Assembly: GCA_964551495.1 (NCBI GenBank)
Contig: CAZKCA010000001.1
Location: 34,384 to 98,383 of the forward strand
Direction of reading: 5' to 3'
Length of the DNA stretch: 64,000 bases
DNA from: an uncultured Candidatus Saccharibacteria bacterium
GTDB taxonomy: Bacteria > Patescibacteriota > Minisyncoccia > Phycocordibacterales > DATDWN01
Shown: positions 10,414 through 20,700 of the stretch, piece after piece
Layout of the letters: each line of letters starts with the position of its first letter
Position numbering within the stretch: the stretch's first letter is position 1
Made by a program: the position numbers and the translations under genes
Notes under the pieces: model-generated
Databases searched by the model: none
What the model saw: the letters and a program-made list of their open reading frames with translations, nothing else
Told to the model about the DNA's origin: nothing

Positions 10414-10454
10414 AAAAATAACTTGAGTTATAAAACATAACTCAAGTTATTTTT
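10414..10454. terminator. Perfect AT-rich hairpin, probable terminator of rpsP-khpA
   Basis: AAAAATAACTTGAGTTAT-AAAAC-ATAACTCAAGTTATTTTT. Confidence 0.6.
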
Positions 10455-10506
10455 ATAATTATCATTTACATAATTTTTAATTATTTTTCTATAAAGTATT
10501 GCTAAC

Positions 10507-10703
10507 TAAAAACTTCTTTCTCCTCATCACAATTTTAGAGCACGCATAAATTTCTGCTGAAAAATCGCTGGGTCTTCCCTTACAGGGACTGTACACCTTT
10601 CACATTTGATTACAAATGCTCAAGGTCTTGCGAAGCTATAACATAGCTTCTCACTACCCGCCTACGAAGTTCCTAAAATTGTAATAAGTCAACGAAGTTT
10701 TTA
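10507..10703. repeat. Foldback element carrying the module-3 three-hairpin unit
   Basis: Outer stems AAAAACTTC/GAAGTTTTT and ACAATTTTAG/CTAAAATTGT; 10576-10655 identical (80/80) to 35800-35879. Confidence 0.85.
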
Positions 10704-10800
10704 AAAAAGAGTGAGAAACAGGCTCTCTGTGGTTTTAGGAATAAAAATTACCTATACTTTTTAATAAAAATGTGGTATAAATATACCACATTTTTATTTT

Positions 10801-11463
10801 ATGAATTTTCACGTAATCACATTGTTTCCAGAAGCTTTTGACTCTTATCTAGGAGAGTCTATTTTGTCGCGTGCCATAGAAGATAAAAAGATAAAAGTAT
10901 CTTTTTATAACCCTCGTGATTTTGCAGATAACAAATGGAAGCACATAGACCAAAAACCTTATAGTGGTGGACCAGGAATGGTTATACAGGCTCTACCAGT
11001 TATAAAAGCTATAGAAAAAGCTTTATCTAAAATAAAAAGAAAGAAAAATTCAAAAGTTAAAATAATTTTCTTTTCTCCTTCTGGAAAGCAGTTTGACACA
11101 AAGTATTCAAAAAATACTACCAAAAAATATACAGATATTGTTTTTGTTTGTGGTAGGTATGAGGGGATAGATGCCAGAGTAAAAAAAGTTTTCAAAATGG
11201 AAGAAGTTTCTGTCGGACCTTTTGTTTTAACTGGTGGGGAATTACCAGCAATGATTTTAATAGATTCTATATCAAGACAAGTTTCTGGAGTTTTGGGTAA
11301 CATAGATTCACTGGAAGAAAACAGGGTTTCTTCTCCGGATGTTTATACAAGACCAGAAGTTTTAGAATATAAAGGTAAAAAGTATAGAGTTCCTAAAGTT
11401 TTACTTTCAGGGGATCATAAAAAAATAGAAGAATGGAAGAATAAAAAAAGGGCCCAGTCATAG
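10801..11463 (+). CDS. trmD: tRNA (guanine-N1)-methyltransferase
   Basis: TLFPE, GGPGM, CGRYEGIDAR, FVLTGGELPA, YTRP, VPKVLLSGDH. Confidence 0.96.
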   Translation: MNFHVITLFPEAFDSYLGESILSRAIEDKKIKVSFYNPRDFADNKWKHIDQKPYSGGPGMVIQALPVIKAIEKALSKIKRKKNSKVKIIFFSPSGKQFDTKYSKNTTKKYTDIVFVCGRYEGIDARVKKVFKMEEVSVGPFVLTGGELPAMILIDSISRQVSGVLGNIDSLEENRVSSPDVYTRPEVLEYKGKKYRVPKVLLSGDHKKIEEWKNKKRAQS

Positions 11464-11730
11464 ACTGGACCTTAGAAAAAACAGTATTCCTATTGTAGCA
11501 AGAGTACAGAAAAATTCTTGTCTGAAGCGACTTGTTCTAATCTTTGATATTTCTCTGCTCCATGGTTCGGATATAATAAAAAATCCAAGACCCATAAGTG
11601 TCACTGTTCCAAATATTCCACTTAGATCTATTATTCCCAAGTTTGGGTTTTTTACAAAAACGAATAGTGAGAAAATAGTTAAGCAAATAATACCTGAGAT
11701 GATGATGTAACCTGAAAATCTGGTGAGCAT
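11458..11730 (-). CDS. Orphan small membrane protein (about 3 TM)
   Basis: GGAGG SD before ATG 11730; hydrophobic segments. Confidence 0.6.
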   Translation of the reverse strand: MLTRFSGYIIISGIICLTIFSLFVFVKNPNLGIIDLSGIFGTVTLMGLGFFIISEPWSREISKIRTSRFRQEFFCTLATIGILFFLRSSL

Positions 11731-11832
11731 CTTTTTCCTCCAAGTTATTTTTACCAGAAAATAATGTTTTTGTCACATATACTTGACTTTTGTATATAAA
11801 GTGTGATATAAAAATAATGGAGGAAGATCAAA

Positions 11833-12102
11833 ATGGAAGCAATTCAAGGTGTACTTAATTTGTTGGAGCATGGGGAGGTATCAAAACCCAGAAAGGTATT
11901 TTTGGGTTTTGAGTTTGAGGTAAAGGGTGGTGGTAAAGTAATCGTCCGTAAAATATTTGGAATGGTACATATAAAAGGTACCAATGTTACTGTTGTTGAT
12001 CAGTGTTTGATCAACGTATTATATGATGAATTTATCTATATTTCTAATGAAGAAGATGCGTTAACTCTTTTTGAAACCACAAAAGCACAATATAGTTATT
12101 AA
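11833..12102 (+). CDS. Orphan hypothetical protein
   Basis: TTGACT promoter at 11784, GGAGG SD, terminator 12113-12150. Confidence 0.65.
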   Translation: MEAIQGVLNLLEHGEVSKPRKVFLGFEFEVKGGGKVIVRKIFGMVHIKGTNVTVVDQCLINVLYDEFIYISNEEDALTLFETTKAQYSY

Positions 12103-12172
12103 TTTTATAAATAAGGTTTCCTAGGCGGCGCAAGCCGATAGGAGCCTTTTTCTTTTGTGTTAAAATATCATA

Positions 12173-13837
12173 ATGACTCAAAAGGAAGCTTTGGATATTT
12201 TAAAGATGGGACACAATGTTTTTTTGACTGGTCCGGCAGGTAGTGGCAAAACTCATGTTTTAAATTCCTATATAAACTATTTAAAAAAACATGCTGTGGA
12301 TGTTGCTGTGACAGCTTCTACAGGTATTGCTGCTACACACTTAGGGGGGCAGACAATTCATTCTTGGTCTGGTCTTGGTATAAGAGATAATATAACAGAC
12401 AGAGACATAGAGGATTTAATGCAGAGATCTTATCTGTATAAAAGATTTGAGAGAACAAAAGTATTGATTATAGATGAAATATCAATGCTACATCACTTTC
12501 GTTTGGATTTAATAGAATGGATTTGTAGACAGTTTAAACGGTCGGAAAAACCTTTTGGTGGTATGCAGGTTGTTTTGTGTGGAGATTTTTTTCAGCTCCC
12601 TCCTGTTTCTCGTGGAGAGATTTTAGAGTCCGAATTTGCCTGGAAGGCGGAGAGTTGGCAAGATGCAAATCTCAAAATTTGTTATCTTTCTGAACAACAT
12701 AGACAAAAAGATGATAAATATTTAAAAATTTTAAATGAAATAAGAGAAAATAATGTAAGAAAAGACACTTTAAACTTTTTATACGGTCTTATTGGTAAAG
12801 ATGTAAATTTTTCTATAGAACCAACAAAACTTTTTACTCACAATATTGATGTAGATGTTATAAATCATAAATATTTAGATTTGATAAATTATCCTATTAA
12901 AAAATTTGAGATGATAAGTAGGGGATCTGATTTTCTTTCTGATACTTTGAAAAAAAGTTGTCTTTCTCCTGAAGTTTTATCTTTAAAAATCGGAGCTAAG
13001 GTTATGTTTACTAAAAATCATCCAGAAGGAAGTTATGTGAATGGGACACTTGGTTTAGTTCACGATTTTAATTCTTTTGGTGATCCTATAGTGCAAACTA
13101 GTAAGGGAGAAAAAATAGTGGTTAGTCAGACAACTTGGCAAATAGAAGAAGACGGTAAAATAAAAGCTGAAATTGTTCAGTATCCTTTGCGTTTAGCCTG
13201 GGCCATTACTGTTCATAAAAGCCAAGGAATGTCACTGGACGCTATGGAGGTGGATTTATCGAAATCTTTTGTAAAAGGTATGGGTTATGTTGCTCTTTCT
13301 AGAGTTAGATCATTAGATGGTATGAAATTGTTAGGTATAAATGATGTTGCCCTCTCTGTTGATCCAGAAGTTTTGGAATGGGATTTAAAGTTTAAAAAAG
13401 AGTCCGAAGATAATTCTTATGATTTAAGAAGATTAAATAAAGAAAAAATAGAAGAAATCCAAAAAGAATTTTTAAAGAAAATAGAACCTGAAGAGAAAAT
13501 AAAGGTCAAAAAGGCAATAAAAAGTAAAAAGAAAACAGAAGATATAACAAAAGAAATGCTTTTGGAAGAGATTTCTTTATCTGAAATAGCCGATAGAAGA
13601 AACTTAACAAAAGAAACTATAATTTCTCATATAGAAAAATTAATAGAGAACAATAATTGTCCTGATATAGATTATTTAAAAAAGGAATTTAAAAGATCTG
13701 AATTGGATACTATATTGGATACTTTTGATAAGTTGGATACTCAAACTCTTTCTCCTGTTTATAATTATTTAACTAAAAAAGGAGCTAAACCTACCTATAT
13801 GAAACTAAGATTGGCTCGGCTTTTTAAAAATTTTTAG
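12173..13837 (+). CDS. Pif1-family SF1B helicase with C-terminal HTH
   Basis: TGPAGSGKT, ASTGIAA, IIDEISM, GDFFQLPPV, LAWAITVHKSQG, YVALSRV. Confidence 0.92.
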   Translation: MTQKEALDILKMGHNVFLTGPAGSGKTHVLNSYINYLKKHAVDVAVTASTGIAATHLGGQTIHSWSGLGIRDNITDRDIEDLMQRSYLYKRFERTKVLIIDEISMLHHFRLDLIEWICRQFKRSEKPFGGMQVVLCGDFFQLPPVSRGEILESEFAWKAESWQDANLKICYLSEQHRQKDDKYLKILNEIRENNVRKDTLNFLYGLIGKDVNFSIEPTKLFTHNIDVDVINHKYLDLINYPIKKFEMISRGSDFLSDTLKKSCLSPEVLSLKIGAKVMFTKNHPEGSYVNGTLGLVHDFNSFGDPIVQTSKGEKIVVSQTTWQIEEDGKIKAEIVQYPLRLAWAITVHKSQGMSLDAMEVDLSKSFVKGMGYVALSRVRSLDGMKLLGINDVALSVDPEVLEWDLKFKKESEDNSYDLRRLNKEKIEEIQKEFLKKIEPEEKIKVKKAIKSKKKTEDITKEMLLEEISLSEIADRRNLTKETIISHIEKLIENNNCPDIDYLKKEFKRSELDTILDTFDKLDTQTLSPVYNYLTKKGAKPTYMKLRLARLFKNF

Positions 13838-13854
13838 TGGTATAATACTTTGGT

Positions 13855-14070
13855 ATGAATAAAGCACATAAACTTAAATATTTTAGTGACAATCTTTTTA
13901 TAGTAGTTGGGCTGGTTATGATTTGGAGAGGTGTTTGGTATGTATTAGATGGTTTTGATTATCTTTTGTTGGGAGGAAATCATTATTGGTCTGCTTTTGG
14001 GGGAATTATCTTGGGTTTAATTATCTTGTATATTCCAGATAAAGATTTAAAAGAAATAAGTAAGCTATAA
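13855..14070 (+). CDS. Small conserved membrane protein
   Basis: VMIWRGVW..LD motif, two TM segments, extended -10 just upstream. Confidence 0.7.
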   Translation: MNKAHKLKYFSDNLFIVVGLVMIWRGVWYVLDGFDYLLLGGNHYWSAFGGIILGLIILYIPDKDLKEISKL

Positions 14071-14321
14071 TGAAAAGTTTTAAAGAAAGGGTTTTTAACG
14101 TTGTAAAAACCATACCTAAGGGGGAAGTTTTGACTTACAAACAGGTGGCCAAGAAAGCCGGCAGTCCTAATGCCTTTAGGGCAGTTGGTAATGTATTAAA
14201 TACTAATTATGACAAGAGTATACCTTGCCATAGAGTGATAAGATCGGACGGTAAATTGGGTGGTTATAACAGAGGACTTGCCAAAAAAGCTAAAATCCTT
14301 GAAAAAGAAGGATATAGGTAA
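14070..14321 (+). CDS. Methylated-DNA-protein-cysteine methyltransferase (single MGMT domain)
   Basis: IPKGEVLTY, RAVG, IPCHRV active site. Confidence 0.88.
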   Translation: MKSFKERVFNVVKTIPKGEVLTYKQVAKKAGSPNAFRAVGNVLNTNYDKSIPCHRVIRSDGKLGGYNRGLAKKAKILEKEGYR

Positions 14322-14347
14322 GAGTGTCAACAGAGGTGTTAATAGTA

Positions 14348-14400
14348 TGTGGATAACTAGCTTGACTTTGCTTGACATAATATAAGTAGTTAGCTATACT
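14348..14400 (+). promoter_or_regulatory. DnaA box followed by the rpoB sigma70 promoter
   Basis: TGTGGATAA 14348-14356; TTGACA about 14373 and TATACT 14395-14400. Confidence 0.6.
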
Positions 14401-14586
14401 CTAGATTAGCTTCAAACGATTGTGTTGCGGGAGAGAAGATATTACAAGTTTGGTTTATTTTTAATATTTTGCGAAACACTAATCGCTAAAAACCAATAAA
14501 ATAAAAGAGGCCTTTGGGGAAAGGTTTCTTTTTGTTTGTAATAGTAGATTATTAGTATTTTTAAGTACACTATATTTATTATTTTT

Positions 14587-17500
14587 ATGAATAAAACAAA
14601 TACAGCAATACGTCCACAAAAGTTTTTCAGTAGGTGGAAAAAACCACTAGTTGGTATTCCAAACTTTGTTGAACCTCAGATAAATTCTTTTAAGTGGCTA
14701 TTGGAAAAAGGTCTAAAGGAAGTTTTTGAAGAATTTTCTTCAATAAAAGATTTTTCTGAGAAAAAATTTCAACTTGATTTTACAGGTTTTGAAATAGCAG
14801 AACCTAAGTTTGATGAATATTATGCAAAAAATAACAAGCTTTCATATGAAGCACCTCTTAAGGTTAAAATCAAACTAAAGAATTTTGTTCTTGGTACAGA
14901 AAAGGAGCAGGAAATATTTATGGCTGATTTTCCTTTGATGACTTCCCACGGGACATTTATTATCTCTGGTAATGAAAGAGTTATAGTTCCGCAGTTGGCT
15001 AGATCATATGGTGTATTTTTTACTGCAATTGAATCAAAAGGAAGAAAACTTTTTGGGGCAAAAATTATGCCTGCTCGTGGAGCATGGGTAGAAATTGAGT
15101 CAGATGCAGATGGTGTACTTTATGTTCGTATTGATAGAAAAAGAAAATTCCCTGTTACAACACTATTACGTGTTTTTGGAGTCAAAACAGATGAAGAAAT
15201 GTTAAAAATGTTTGAAGGCAATGAATTTGCTTTGACTTCCATTAAAAAGACCTTATCTAAAGATCATTCTAAAACAACAGAAGATGCTTATATAGATATC
15301 CACAAAAAATTAAGAGATGGTGATTTGGCTACAGCAGAAAATGCTAAAGAGTTTATTGATAGTATTTTTGATGAAGAAAGGTACGATCTATCTCCTGTTG
15401 GAAGATTTAGGTTTAACAAAAGATTCGACAAGAAAGTCGATGAAAAGGAAAAAAATAGAAAGACTCTGTCTAAAGAGGATTTGGCTACAATAGTTACTCA
15501 TGTTTCTGTTTTGAATAACACTCCTCATGCGATGGAAGATGATATAGATCACCTTGGTCAAAGAAGAGTTAGATTTGTTGGAGAACTATTCCAGCAAAAA
15601 ATAAGAACTGGAATGGCTCAAATAAAAAGAAATATTCAGAACAGAATGTCTACTATAGAGACAGATGTGACTTTGCCTGTTCAGTTTATATCTCCAAAAC
15701 CACTTCAGGCTCGTATAAAAGAATTCTTTACCACAAACCAACTTTCACAGTTCATGCTTCAAGAGAATCCTCTTTCTGAAATAGAGCATCTAAGAACTCT
15801 TTCTGCTCTTGGTCCAGGAGGACTTAATAGTTCTCGTGCTGGCTTTGAGGTTAGAGACGTTCACACTTCTCACTATGGAAGAATTTGTCCGATACATACT
15901 CCAGAAGGTCCAAACATTGGATTGGTTTTGCGTATGTCAGTTTATGCAAGAATAAATGATTTTGGGATGATCGAAACTCCATATGCTAAGGTAAAAAATG
16001 GAAAAATAACAGATGAAATTGTTTATTTAAATGCCTCAGAAGAAGAAAATTACGCTATCGCTCATGCCGCTATACCTTATGATGAAAACGGTAAGATAAC
16101 AGTTTCAGAAGTGGAGGTTAGATTAAATGGTAATCCAAGTACTGTGGCTAGAGAAAAAGTAGATTTTATAGACGTTGCTACAAATCAAGCTTTTTCTATC
16201 GCTACCTCAATGATTCCTTTCTTAAACCACGACGAAGCGAACAGAGCTTTGATGGCATCTAACATGCAGAAACAAGCTACCCCTTGTATTGTTCCAGAGG
16301 CACCTTTGGTTGCAACAGGTATGGAGACTTATGCTTTGAAAGATACTGGAAGATTAAAAATAGCAGATGTTTCTGGAGTGGTTACAGCTGTAGATGGCTC
16401 TAAGATTGTTGTAAAAGATTCTTCTGGTAAAGAGCACACTTATAAACTTATTCAGTTTGCTAGAACAAATGGTTTTACCGCTTTTCATCAAAGACCTTCT
16501 GTAAGTGTTGGAGACAAAGTTAATAAAGGTGATATTTTGGCAGACACAAGTTCTTCTGTAAATGGTCAAACTGCTATAGGTCAAAATATGCTTGTGGCTT
16601 TCATGTCTTGGTCAGGATCAAACTATGAGGATGCGATTATTCTTTCTGAAAGAGTGGTAAAAGATAGTAAATTCGCATCTATTCACTTGGAAGAATTTGT
16701 TATCAATGTTAGAGATACAAAACTTGGTCCAGAAGTTACAACTTGTGATATTCCAAACGTTGGAGAGTCAAAACTTAAAAATTTGGCTGAAGATGGAATA
16801 GTTCGTGTTGGAGCTGAAGTAAGACCAGGAGATATTTTGGTTGGAAAGATTACTCCAAAAGGTGAGACTCAACTTACTCCAGAAGAAAGACTTTTGAGAT
16901 CTTTGTTTGGGGAGAAGGCTAGAGATGTTAAAGATACTTCAAAGAGAATGGAAGGTGGAAAAAGAGGAAGAGTTGTCAGAGTTCAAGTATTCTCAAGAGA
17001 TAAAGGTGATAAGTTGGAATCAGGCATAATAAAAAGAATTCATATAGAAGTTGCTCAACTAAGAAATGTATCTGTTGGGGACAAACTAGCAGGAAGACAT
17101 GGTAACAAAGGTGTTATTTCAAGAATTCTTCCAGAGGAAGACATGCCATATATGGCAGATGGAACTCCTATAGATGTTATCTTAACTCCACTAGGTGTGC
17201 CGAGCAGAATGAATCTTGGTCAAATATTAGAAATTCATCTTGGGCTTGCTGCGCATACTTTAGGGTATCAAGCTATAGTCCCTCCTTTTGCCGGTGCAAC
17301 AGGTGAAGAAATAAAAGAAGAATTACAAAAAGCAGGTTTTCCAGAATCAGGAAAAATAAAATTATACGATGGTAGAACTGGAGAGGTTTTTGATCAAGAA
17401 ATAGCCGTAGGTTATATGTATATACTTAAACTTCACCACATGGTTGAAGATAAGATTCACATGAGATCTATTGGTCCATACTCTCTTATTACACAACAAC

Positions 17501-17790
17501 CGCTTGGAGGTAAAGCTCAAAATGGAGGACAGAGATTTGGAGAAATGGAAGTCTGGGCTCTTCTTGGTCACGGAGCTGCTCATACTCTTCAAGAAGTTTT
17601 GACTATAAAATCAGACGATATATTAGGTCGTTCTGCAGCATTCGATGCGATTGTTAAAGGTGAACCAATAACTCAATTAAATACACCAGCTTCATTTAAT
17701 GTGCTGTTGAATAACTTGAGAGGTTTGGCGTTGGATATACAAATAAAAAAGGGAGAGAAAGATTTACTAGCTGAAGGAATAAATGAATAA
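14587..17790 (+). CDS. rpoB: RNA polymerase beta subunit
   Basis: GDKLAGRHGNKG, GVPSRMNLGQ, GGQRFGEME. Confidence 0.99.
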   Translation: MNKTNTAIRPQKFFSRWKKPLVGIPNFVEPQINSFKWLLEKGLKEVFEEFSSIKDFSEKKFQLDFTGFEIAEPKFDEYYAKNNKLSYEAPLKVKIKLKNFVLGTEKEQEIFMADFPLMTSHGTFIISGNERVIVPQLARSYGVFFTAIESKGRKLFGAKIMPARGAWVEIESDADGVLYVRIDRKRKFPVTTLLRVFGVKTDEEMLKMFEGNEFALTSIKKTLSKDHSKTTEDAYIDIHKKLRDGDLATAENAKEFIDSIFDEERYDLSPVGRFRFNKRFDKKVDEKEKNRKTLSKEDLATIVTHVSVLNNTPHAMEDDIDHLGQRRVRFVGELFQQKIRTGMAQIKRNIQNRMSTIETDVTLPVQFISPKPLQARIKEFFTTNQLSQFMLQENPLSEIEHLRTLSALGPGGLNSSRAGFEVRDVHTSHYGRICPIHTPEGPNIGLVLRMSVYARINDFGMIETPYAKVKNGKITDEIVYLNASEEENYAIAHAAIPYDENGKITVSEVEVRLNGNPSTVAREKVDFIDVATNQAFSIATSMIPFLNHDEANRALMASNMQKQATPCIVPEAPLVATGMETYALKDTGRLKIADVSGVVTAVDGSKIVVKDSSGKEHTYKLIQFARTNGFTAFHQRPSVSVGDKVNKGDILADTSSSVNGQTAIGQNMLVAFMSWSGSNYEDAIILSERVVKDSKFASIHLEEFVINVRDTKLGPEVTTCDIPNVGESKLKNLAEDGIVRVGAEVRPGDILVGKITPKGETQLTPEERLLRSLFGEKARDVKDTSKRMEGGKRGRVVRVQVFSRDKGDKLESGIIKRIHIEVAQLRNVSVGDKLAGRHGNKGVISRILPEEDMPYMADGTPIDVILTPLGVPSRMNLGQILEIHLGLAAHTLGYQAIVPPFAGATGEEIKEELQKAGFPESGKIKLYDGRTGEVFDQEIAVGYMYILKLHHMVEDKIHMRSIGPYSLITQQPLGGKAQNGGQRFGEMEVWALLGHGAAHTLQEVLTIKSDDILGRSAAFDAIVKGEPITQLNTPASFNVLLNNLRGLALDIQIKKGEKDLLAEGINE

Positions 17791-20700
17791 ATTAAAAGAT
17801 ATGAGAACAAAAACAAACAAAGAAAAATTGAATGATTTTGAGACCATCACACTGAGGCTGGCTTCTCCTGAAAGAATAAAAGAATGGTCCTTCGGCGAGG
17901 TAACAAAACCTGAGACTATAAACTATAGGACTCAAAGAAGTGAGAGGAACGGTCTTTTTGATGAAAAAATATTTGGACCAGATAAAGATTATGAATGTTA
18001 TTGTGGTAAGTACAGAGGTATAAGATACAAAGGAGTTATTTGTGAAAAATGTGGAGTAGAGATAACTAGATCTATAGTTAGAAGAGAAAGAATGGGTCAT
18101 ATAGAACTAGCTTCACCTGTTTCTCATATATGGTTTTTGAAATCAATGCCTTCTAGAATCTCACTTGTTTTGGGTATACCTACTGGAGATATAGAGAAAG
18201 TTATATATTTTGCTGGTTATATCATTACAAAAGTAGATGATGCTGAGAGAGTAAGATATTTGAAAGATTTGGATTCAGAATACAAAGCCAAGGTTAAATC
18301 TGTTCAAGATGAAAAAACAAAAGATGCTGTTAAAGAAATGCTTCTAAGTGCAAAAAGAGATATTGAGTCTATTGTTCCAGGTAAAGTTTTAGATGAGGTT
18401 GAATATCATAATTTTGGTATGAAATACGGCACAATGTTTGAGGCTGGTATTGGTGCTGAAGCTATCTATTCAATATTTAAAAAAGTAGACTTAGAAGCTC
18501 TTTTGAAATCTTTGGAAGAAGAACTAGCTAAGGCAAGCTCTATAGATGCTGTAAAAATAAACAAAAGAATAGCTACTATTCAGGCGATGATTCACTCTAA
18601 AATAAGACCAGAGTGGATGTTTCTAACTCATATACCTGTTATACCTCCAGCATTAAGACCGATGGTTCCACTAGATGGAGGTAGGTATGCTACTTCTGAT
18701 GTTAATGATTTGTATAGAAGAGTTATAAACAGAAATAACCGTCTGAAGAAGCTTAAAGAAATAAATGCTCCAGATGTTATTTTGAGAAATGAAAAAAGAA
18801 TTCTTCAAGAAGCAGTAGATGCTTTGATAGATAATTCTATCAGACACGGAAATTCTGGTTCAGCTGTAAATCAATCACAAAGAAGACCTCTTAAATCTCT
18901 AGCTGATAACTTGAAGGGCAAAAGAGGAATATTCAGACAAAACCTTTTGGGTAAAAGAGTTGATTATTCTGGACGTTCTGTGATCGTTGTTGGACCTGAG
19001 TTGGCACTAAATCAATGTGGTTTACCAAAACACATGGCCCTTGAATTGTTTAAACCTTTTGTTATCTCACAGATCTTGAAAAAGGAGCTTGCCTACAATA
19101 TACGTGGAGCAAGTAAACTGATAGAAGACGGTGTTCCAGAAGTTTGGGCTATTTTGGAGGATGTTATTACGGATAAATATGTTCTATTAAACAGAGCTCC
19201 TACTTTGCACAGATTAGGTATCCAAGCATTTAAACCTGTTTTGATTGAGGGAAATGCTATTCAAATACACCCTTTGGTTTGTTCTGCATTTAATGCTGAC
19301 TTCGATGGAGATATGATGGCTGTTCATGTACCTCTTTCAGAAGAAGCTCAAGCTGAGGCTAGAGAAGTGATGGCTGCTGATAAAAATATACTAAAACCAG
19401 GATCTGGTGATCCTACAGTATCAGCTAAAATGCTTGATATTGTTTTGGGTTGTTTCTGGATGACAAAAGAAAAAAGCGGTGAAAAAGGTGAAGGAAAAAT
19501 ATTCTCATCTCCTAATAGTGCTATAACCGCTTACGATTTTGGTGAGATATCATTTAGATCAAAAATAAAAGTTTTGCCAACCGATTCTCCTAAGTACGAA
19601 AAATTTGAAGGCAAATTATTTGATACTACAGTAGGAAGGCTTTTGTTTAACAGTGTTCTACCAAAAGATTATCCTTTCATAAACAGTACAATCGATAGAA
19701 AAAGAATAACTTCTCTTGTAGATGATCTTATAGAAAAATATGGTATAGAAAAAGTTCCAGCTATTATAGATAAAATAAAAGCTTTTGGATTTAAATATGC
19801 TACTCATTCAGGAGTTACATGGGGACTTGATGATATTAATATTCCAGAGGGTAAAGAATCTATAGTTATTGAAGCGAAAAAGAAAGTAGAATCTATTATG
19901 GATCACTTTAATTCAGGACTTATCTCTAAGGATGAAAGACTAAGACAAACAACTGAAATTTGGCATAAAGCTAAAGCGGAGGTTGAAAAATTGATGCCAG
20001 AAACATTGCCTAAAGATGGTTCTGTGGCAGACATGGTTCTTTCTGGAGCTAGAGGATCTATGGGTAACATTACTGCTATGGGTGGTATGAAAGGTCTTAT
20101 TACAAATACAGCCGGAGAAACAATAGAGTTTCCAATCATATCAAGTTCTAAAGAAGGTCTAACTCCTCTAGAATATTTCATTACTACTCACGGAAGTAGA
20201 AAAGGTCTTACTGATACAGCCTTAAACACAGCTAAAGCAGGTTATCTTACAAGAAAACTTTTCGTAGTTGCTCAAGATACAATAATCACTGAAGAGGATT
20301 GTGGTACAAAAGAAGGTATTGTGATAAACAAGAAAGAAAAAGGTGGAATGGAGATATCTTTGGCAAAGCATGTAAAAGGAAGATTTTTGGCGGGAGATGT
20401 TGTTTCTCCAAAAGGTGAAGTTTTGTTCAAAAAAGATCATTTTGTTACAAAGAGAGATGCTCAAAAAATAGAAGAAGAAGGCGTAGAATCTGTAACAGTT
20501 AGATCTCCTCTATCATGTAAAACAGCAAATGGTATTTGTGTTAAATGTTATGGAGCAGACCTAGGTAACAATAAGGTTGTTGAAATAGGTGAAGCTGTTG
20601 GAACTGTTGCTGGTCAAGCGATTGGAGAACCTGGGACTCAGCTTACAATGAGAACTTTCCATCAAGGAGGAGCTGCTACTATTGGTGGGGATATTACTGC

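Noticed and set aside
10576-10655. Module 3 as a known self-cleaving ribozyme
   Set aside because: Hammerhead, twister, pistol and hairpin core sequences were not recognisable on either strand.
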